From contig CAVOGR010000005.1 in assembly GCA_963695555.1 (NCBI GenBank), positions 1-64,000 of the forward strand: a DNA stretch of 64,000 bases, given 5' to 3'. The position numbers and the translations under genes were made by a program. The notes beneath the pieces were generated by a model, which saw nothing but the letters and a program-made list of their open reading frames with translations, had not been told where the DNA came from and ran no database searches. The DNA is from an uncultured Gemmatimonadales bacterium (lineage in GTDB: Bacteria; Gemmatimonadota; Gemmatimonadetes; Gemmatimonadales; GWC2-71-9). This document shows, piece after piece, positions 57,745-64,000 of the stretch (position 1 is its first letter; each line of letters opens with the position of its first letter).

Positions 57745-58631
57745 CTGCTAGACTCATTGACGGCAACGCCATTGGCCAAGACATCCGGACCGAAGTTGCG
57801 GCGGAGGTGCAACGGCTCGCCGCCGCCGGTGTCGTGCCCGGTCTCACGGTAGTGCTGGTCGGCGAAGATCCGGCGAGCCAGGTCTACGTCAAGATGAAAG
57901 GCCGGCGCTGCGAAGAAGCCGGCATGCGCTCGACGACGATCCGCCTTCCGGCTGAAACTCCGGAGGCGGACTTGCTCGCGACCATCGACCGCCTCAACGC
58001 CGATCCGGATACCCATGGCATCCTGGTTCAGTTGCCGCTGCCCGAGCACATGAACAGCGATCATGTGATCCAGCGCATCGACCCGGCCAAGGACGTGGAC
58101 GGGTTTCATCCGGTCAATGTCGGGAAGGTGGTGATCGGAGACCCGACGGGATTCCGGCCGGCCACGCCGTACGGCGTCCAGGAAATGCTGCGTCGCTCCG
58201 GCATCGAGACGGCCGGCGCCCACTGCGTCATCGTGGGTCGGTCGCTGATCGTCGGGCGGCCGCTGGCCAACCTCCTGATCCAAAAGGCACCCGGCGCCAA
58301 CGCCACCGTCACCGTGTGCCACTCCCGCACCCGGGACATCGCGTCCATTACGCGCACCGCGGACATCCTCGTCGTCGCGATTGGATCGCCGGAGTACGCG
58401 ACGGCGGACATGGTTCGCCGGGGAGCCGCCGTGATCGATGTGGGCGTCAATCGCGTCGACGATCCCTCGACCAAGAAGGGGTATCGCCTCGTCGGCGATG
58501 TCGCGTTCGACGAGGTCTCCAAGGTGGCCTCGGCCATTACCCCGGTGCCTGGCGGAGTCGGGCCGATGACGATCGCCATGCTGCTCAAGAACACCCTGCA
58601 GGCGGCCCTCGTCCACCACGCGGTATCGTAG
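57741..58631 (+). CDS. folD: Methylene-THF dehydrogenase/cyclohydrolase
   Basis: [25 protein letters not shown]. Confidence 0.97.
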   Translation: MTARLIDGNAIGQDIRTEVAAEVQRLAAAGVVPGLTVVLVGEDPASQVYVKMKGRRCEEAGMRSTTIRLPAETPEADLLATIDRLNADPDTHGILVQLPLPEHMNSDHVIQRIDPAKDVDGFHPVNVGKVVIGDPTGFRPATPYGVQEMLRRSGIETAGAHCVIVGRSLIVGRPLANLLIQKAPGANATVTVCHSRTRDIASITRTADILVVAIGSPEYATADMVRRGAAVIDVGVNRVDDPSTKKGYRLVGDVAFDEVSKVASAITPVPGGVGPMTIAMLLKNTLQAALVHHAVS

Positions 58632-58637
58632 ACGGCC

Positions 58638-59810
58638 GTGGCCCGCCTCCCTCCCTCGATTGCGCCGTCGCTGTTCGACTCCACGTCCGCCGACGCCGCC
58701 TGGACGGTGACCAAGCTGACGCGCGCCGCCAAGCGGGTTGTGGAAGGGGAGTTCGGCGCGCTCTGGATCCGCGGGGAGCTCACCGGACTCAAGGCCTACC
58801 AGAGCGGGCATTGGTACTTCACCCTCCGAGATGCAGAAAGCCAGGTGCGGTGCGTGATGTGGCGGACCCACACGCGGCGGGTCCGCACACCCCCGCTGGA
58901 GGGCGCGCAGGTGTACCTGTTCGGGACGCCGAGCGTGTGGGAGGAGCGCGGAGAGTTTCGATTCGCTGCGAGCGAGCTCTTGGCGACGGATGCCGTCGGC
59001 AAGCAGCAGCTGGCATTCGAGCGCGCCAAGGCGGCGCTGGCGCGGGATGGGCTGTTCGATCTCGAACGCAAGCGTCGGTTGCCGGCCATGCCCACCCGCA
59101 TCGCGGTGGTCACCAGCCTCGAGGGCGCCGCACTCCGCGACATCATCAGCGTCGTTCGCTTGCGCTGGCCACCCGCAGAGCTCTTGGTGTGCGGCGGAGC
59201 GGTGCAGGGAACGGAGGCCGAGCATGAGCTGTGCCGCGCGCTCGGCATGGTGAACCGCCTGCCCGATATCGAGCTGTGCATCCTTGGCCGCGGCGGTGGC
59301 TCACGCGAGGATCTGGCGGCGTTCGATTCGGAGCGCGTGTGTCGCGCCCTTGCGGCCGTACGGGTTCCCACGATTTCCGCCGTGGGGCATGAGGTCGATG
59401 TGTGCCTCACCGACCTCGTGGCCGACCAGCGCGCCGCGACACCGTCGGCCGCGGCCGAGCTCGCCGTGCCTCATCGAGACGATGTGCTGCGCCACGTGGG
59501 CATGGTCGCCGGCCGCTTGGCCTCGGGCCTGAGTCAACGCGCCCGGCTCGGTCACGAGCGACTGGCCCGCACCTCCGATCGCCTGAGCAGCGCCATGGAA
59601 CAGCTGGTCACCGCGTGGCGGCGGCACGCCGACCGGCTCGGCGCCGAGCTGGAGGCCCTGAGCCCGCTGCGTGTGCTCGGCCGTGGCTACAGCATGGCAC
59701 TCGCCGCCGACGGTGCAGTCCTCAAACACCGCCGACAATTCCGTCCCGGCGATCGATTCACGCTCCGGGTCGTGGACGGCCAGGTGCCGGCCCGGGTGGA
59801 GGACTCGTGA
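58638..59810 (+). CDS. xseA: Exodeoxyribonuclease VII large subunit
   Basis: SGHWYFTL, RGGGS.EDL, VGHEVD, TPSAAAE. Confidence 0.96.
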   Translation: MARLPPSIAPSLFDSTSADAAWTVTKLTRAAKRVVEGEFGALWIRGELTGLKAYQSGHWYFTLRDAESQVRCVMWRTHTRRVRTPPLEGAQVYLFGTPSVWEERGEFRFAASELLATDAVGKQQLAFERAKAALARDGLFDLERKRRLPAMPTRIAVVTSLEGAALRDIISVVRLRWPPAELLVCGGAVQGTEAEHELCRALGMVNRLPDIELCILGRGGGSREDLAAFDSERVCRALAAVRVPTISAVGHEVDVCLTDLVADQRAATPSAAAELAVPHRDDVLRHVGMVAGRLASGLSQRARLGHERLARTSDRLSSAMEQLVTAWRRHADRLGAELEALSPLRVLGRGYSMALAADGAVLKHRRQFRPGDRFTLRVVDGQVPARVEDS

Positions 59811-60046
59811 AGCGCAAGCACCAGGCGGCTCCCGAGTCGCTCGTCTCTGATTTGCGGCGGTTGGAAGAAATCGTCCGCCAGATGGAGGCCGAGGACATCG
59901 ACCTCGATCAGGCGCTTGTGCTGTTCGAGGAGGGTGTCGGTCTGCTCCGGTCGGCGCGTGAGCGTCTGAGTCAAGCGGAGGCGACGGTGGCCAAGGTGCT
60001 GGAGAACGCCGACGGAACGCTGCGTGTCGTCGAGCTCGACGAGTAG
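59807..60046 (+). CDS. xseB: Exodeoxyribonuclease VII small subunit
   Basis: LEEIV..ME...LD.AL..FEEG. Confidence 0.93.
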   Translation: MKRKHQAAPESLVSDLRRLEEIVRQMEAEDIDLDQALVLFEEGVGLLRSARERLSQAEATVAKVLENADGTLRVVELDE

Positions 60047-60941
60047 TCCCACCGCGAACGCCCTACTCGGGGAGGCGCGCCGGCTGACCGACGCCATCCT
60101 CAACGAATGGGCCGACCGGCTCGAGCGTGAGATCCCCGGCACAAACGGCGCGGCGTTGGGATATGCCTTGCGTGGTCCAGGCAAACGGGTGCGCCCCGCG
60201 CTCTTGATCTCGGCCTATCGCGCGGTCGGCGGGAACGACGACGCGATTGCGGGAGTGGCTGCCGCGGTGGAGGCGGTGCACACGTACTCGCTGGTGCACG
60301 ACGACCTGCCGTGCATGGACGACGACGACTTCCGCCGCGGCAGGCCGACCACCCACCGTCAATTCGGCGTGGCCACGGCCACGCGCGCTGGTTTCCTGTT
60401 GGTTCCCGTGGCTGCCCGGATGCTGGTGGGTGGCGTCGAGGCTTTAGGGCTGGACGATCGGACGCTGGGGCAGATGGCGCGCATCTTGTTCCACGCCGGC
60501 GGGGCCGAAGGCATGGTCGGCGGACAGTGGCTCGATCTCGCCGCGGAGCAGCGCGCCGTGGAGCTACCCGAACTCACCGCCATCCACCGCGGAAAGACCG
60601 GGGCGCTGATCCGGGCCGCGTGCGAGCTGGGCGCCATTGCGGGCCAGGCCCGACCGGAGGCCCTGACGGCGTTGGCGGCATACGGCGACGATATCGGGGT
60701 CGCCTTCCAGATTGCCGACGACGTGCTCGACTGTACGGGCACGAGCGCCCAGCTCGGTAAGACGGCCGGGCGGGACGAAGCCTTGGCCAAGTCGACCTAT
60801 GTACGACTCTTGGGCATCGATCGCGCGCGTGAAGAGGCGCTCGTCCTGGCCCGCCGTGCGGTGGCGCACCTCGAGGCCGCTGGACTGCCCCCATCGGCGC
60901 TCGGCGCTCTGGCGGACTATATTGTCACCAGAAATTCGTAG
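60024..60941 (+). CDS. ispA: Polyprenyl (farnesyl) diphosphate synthase
   Basis: GKRVRP, SLVHDDLPCMDDDD.RRG, FQIADDVLD. Confidence 0.9.
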   Translation: MSSSSTSSPTANALLGEARRLTDAILNEWADRLEREIPGTNGAALGYALRGPGKRVRPALLISAYRAVGGNDDAIAGVAAAVEAVHTYSLVHDDLPCMDDDDFRRGRPTTHRQFGVATATRAGFLLVPVAARMLVGGVEALGLDDRTLGQMARILFHAGGAEGMVGGQWLDLAAEQRAVELPELTAIHRGKTGALIRAACELGAIAGQARPEALTALAAYGDDIGVAFQIADDVLDCTGTSAQLGKTAGRDEALAKSTYVRLLGIDRAREEALVLARRAVAHLEAAGLPPSALGALADYIVTRNS

Positions 60942-60956
60942 CTCCGAGTACCCACA

Positions 60957-62868
60957 ATGGACGCTTCCATGAGCCTACTCGAGACAATCCAAGGCCCCGA
61001 CGATCTCAAACGGCTGACGCGCGAGCAACTTCCGCTTCTGGCCGAGGAGGTTCGGCAGCGGCTGATCGATGTCGTCTCGCAGACCGGCGGACATATCGGC
61101 GCCGGGCTGGGCGTGGTGGAGCTCACGATCGCCTTGCTCTACACGTTCGAGTCGCCCCGCGACAAGGTCATCTGGGACGTTGGGCACCAGGGGTATCCGT
61201 GGAAGGTGCTCACCGGCCGCAACGATCGCCTCGAAACGCTGCGGCAGGAGGGGGGGCTGAGCGGTTTTCTCAGACGCTCGGAGAGCGAGCACGACGCCTT
61301 CGGCGCCGGGCATGCCGGCACGGCCATCTCCGCGGCGCTCGGCATGGCGGCCGCCCGCGATCTCAAGGGTGAAGACTTCGAAGTTGTCGCGGTGGTCGGC
61401 GACGGCGCTATGACCTGCGGACTTCCGTATGAGGGGATGAACAACGCAGGTCACTCCGACCGGAACGTCATTCTCGTCCTGAACGACAACGGGATGTCGA
61501 TCGCTCCCAATGTCGGCGCCATCAACAAGTACCTCGGGTCGATTCTGGCCAGTCCCATGACCAATCGGCTGCGGGAGCGCATCAAGGGGGCCATCGAAAA
61601 GGCCTCGCACGTCTTCGGCGGTCCAAAAATGGTCGACATGGCCAAGACCATCGAAGAGAGCGTGAAGAATCTCTGGTCGCCCGGTATGCTGTTCGAAGAA
61701 CTGGGCTTCCGGTATTTCGGCCCGATCAACGGGCACGACATCCCGGCGTTGCTCAAGACATTCGACTTGGTCAGACATCTCCACGGGCCACGCCTCATTC
61801 ATGTGATTACCGAAAAGGGCAAGGGCTTCCCGCTGGAAGAACCCGATGGCGAGAAATTCCATGCCCGGTCGCCCTACGACCCGGCCACCGGCGTGCTCAG
61901 GCCCAACAAGAACGGGCCGCCGGCATGGACCAAGGTGTTCGGCACGGCAATCACGGAACTCGCCGCGGAACACCCGAACATGGCGGTCATTACCGCGGCG
62001 ATGCCGTCCGGCACGGGGACCAACATCTTCCAGAAGAAGTGGCCGGATCGCTTCTTCGACGTCGGAATCGCCGAGAGCCACGCCACCACGTTCGCGGCCG
62101 GCCTGGCCACGCAGGGGATTCGCCCGATCGTCGCCATCTACTCGACGTTCCTGCAGCGGGCCTACGACAACATCATTCACGATGTCGCCATTCAGAACCT
62201 GCCGGTGGTGTTCTGCATGGATCGCGCAGGCATGGTCGGGGCCGACGGTCAGACCCACATCGGGCTGTACGACATCGCCTACATGCAGGCCGTGCCGAAC
62301 ATGACCGTGACAGCGCCACGGGATGGGAAGGAACTGATCGGGCTACTGCGCGCGGCGCTGGCGCATGACGGGCCGTTTTGCCTCCGCTATCCGAGGGACA
62401 CCGCTCCCGGCGAGACACCGCCGGCAGCGGAGGTGGCCCCGGTTCCGTACGGCAAGTGGGAGATTCTCCGCCAGGGCGGGGACTGCGCCATCCTTGCCGT
62501 GGGTGTCATGTGCGCGCCGGCCATGGAGGCGGCCGAAGCTCTCGCGCCGGGAAGGCTTGGACGTCACCGTGGTGAACTGCCGGTTCATCAAGCCCATGGA
62601 TCACACCATGCTCGCCGAGCTGACGCGGGATCACCGGGTGTTCATCACGGTTGAGGACGGCACGGAAGTCAACGGCTTCGGCGCCGCCGCATCGGCACGG
62701 CTCGAGGTGCTGGCGCCTGAAGCGCGCGTGGCCGTGATGGGCGCCCCGGACCGTACCTACGAGCACGCCGCCCGCTCGTCGCAGCTGGCGCAAGCCGGCC
62801 TCACCGCGGAGCACATCGCCAACCGTGTGCGGGCCCTGGCCGGCGAGGCGAGCCTGTCTGCCCGATGA
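60957..62868 (+). CDS. dxs: 1-deoxy-D-xylulose-5-phosphate synthase (frameshift near 62550)
   Basis: GGH...LG, WDVGHQ, GDG..LNDN, DVGIAE, YSTFLQRAYD; C-terminus (RFIKPMD, TVED) is in another frame. Confidence 0.95.
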
Positions 62869-63731
62869 AGGTCGGCGTCGTCGGCAACACCAACTATCCC
62901 GATCTCCATACGATCCTCCGGCGGCTCGCCGATCTTGCGCCGGCGCACGGCCTGTCGCTCTCGGCCGAGCCGGCCCTCCGGGCGGAGTGGGATGCTCCGC
63001 CGCCCGCGCTCGACCCAGCCACGCTCGACGCGCTCCTGACCTTCGGCGGCGACGGAACACTCCTTCGCGGAGCCCGGCTGCTGGCTGGCCGGCCCGTTCC
63101 CATCCTCGGCGTAAACCTTGGGCGGGTAGGCTTTCTGACTGCGGCCGATCCCGACGAACTTCCCGAGGCCCTCGACGCGCTCGCCTCGCGGACCTTCGTC
63201 GCCGAGCCGCGCCAGGCGCTCGACACGTCCATCGTGTGGTCGGGCGGCGCGCGACAGTTGGAGCGGGGGCTCAACGATGTCGTCCTGCACAAGGGGGGCC
63301 TGGCGCGCGTCATTCGCGCCAACGTGTTCATCGACGGCGAGAACGTCGGGCCGTTGATTGTCGACGGCATGATCGTGGCCACGCCGACCGGATCCACCGC
63401 ATACTCGCTGAGCGCGGGCGGGCCCATCATCGTGCCGGGGGTCGAGGCCATGGTGCTGACGCCCATCTGCGCCCACACGCTCGCGGTGCGCCCCATCGTC
63501 ATTCCGTCCGACCGCCACATCGTTATCGAACCGATCGGGCCGGAGCTGAGCGATCTGAACCTGTCGGTTGACGGACAGATCGCCACCATTTTGGCGCCGG
63601 GAGAGCGCGTGGAGATCCGGCGCTCCGAGGAGCGCGTGATCCTCGCCCGATTGCCTGGGGAGCAGTACTTCAGCCGCGTCCGCGAGAAGCTCCACTGGGG
63701 GAACCTCGCAGGCGGGGACTCCGGTTCGTGA
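62865..63731 (+). CDS. nadK: NAD(+)/NADH kinase
   Basis: GGDGT, NLGRVGFL, ND, TPTGSTAYSLSAGG. Confidence 0.95.
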   Translation: MKVGVVGNTNYPDLHTILRRLADLAPAHGLSLSAEPALRAEWDAPPPALDPATLDALLTFGGDGTLLRGARLLAGRPVPILGVNLGRVGFLTAADPDELPEALDALASRTFVAEPRQALDTSIVWSGGARQLERGLNDVVLHKGGLARVIRANVFIDGENVGPLIVDGMIVATPTGSTAYSLSAGGPIIVPGVEAMVLTPICAHTLAVRPIVIPSDRHIVIEPIGPELSDLNLSVDGQIATILAPGERVEIRRSEERVILARLPGEQYFSRVREKLHWGNLAGGDSGS

Positions 63732-64000
63732 TCCGTGAGTTGCGGGTGCGCCACCTGGCGACCATCGAGGACGTTACCCTCCCGCTCGGCACCGGACTCA
63801 ACGTGCTCACCGGAGAGACCGGGGCGGGGAAGTCGATGTTGGTGGACGCGCTGGCCCTGCTGCTCGGCGAGCGGGCGACATCGGACGCGGTGCGTCCAAC
63901 GGCACCCCGGGCCATCATCGAGGGGGCCTTCGAGCTCACCGATCGCGGACTCAGGGGTGCGGTGGAAGCGCTGGGGCTGGACGTGGTCGAGGACGCGCTG
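63728..64000 (+). CDS. recN: DNA repair protein RecN (5' part, truncated by the window)
   Basis: Translated by eye: VIRELRVRHLATIEDV...GLNVLTGETGAGKSMLVDAL. Confidence 0.9.
   Translation, partial: MIRELRVRHLATIEDVTLPLGTGLNVLTGETGAGKSMLVDALALLLGERATSDAVRPTAPRAIIEGAFELTDRGLRGAVEALGLDVVEDAL

Noticed and set aside
57102..59225. 707-aa minus-strand ORF and other long antisense ORFs (9035-10507, 18380-20017, 20755-22188, 60975-62258)
   Set aside because: Shadow frames of well-supported plus-strand genes in high-GC DNA; no recognisable motifs

Overview
High-GC bacterial chromosomal window. Gene order and protein style suggest Gemmatimonadota (inference). 1-4.7 kb: polysaccharide export protein and two glycosyltransferases. 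4.8-8.7 kb: tRNA-Ile2(CAT) integration hotspot with two eroded tRNA 3' copies that enclose an integrase-less ArsR/permease/thioredoxin islet. 8.8-12.7 kb: FHA-TM-trypsin protease, a rhodanese-SufU pair and a secreted protein. 13-22.5 kb: the best novel-system candidate, a surface locus with three Ig/BACON-repeat lipoproteins, an outer-membrane barrel and a bitopic protein, preceded by two sigma54-like promoters and interrupted by tRNA-Val. 22.5-64 kb: mostly core genes (obgE, dprA, hemW, hrcA, dnaJ, prmA, rsmE, rpsU, mutS2, dnaG, recJ, coaD, pta, a partner-switching trio, rsmA, rex, arcA, infC-rpmI-rplT, pheST, zapA, rny, folD, xseAB, ispA, dxs, NAD kinase, recN). A Rex box overlaps the rex start codon, and infC has an attenuator-like leader and a CTG start. 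Many single-base frameshifts, including in dxs, pheT and recJ, point to indel errors in the assembly. All calls come from reading motifs by eye; no searches were run.
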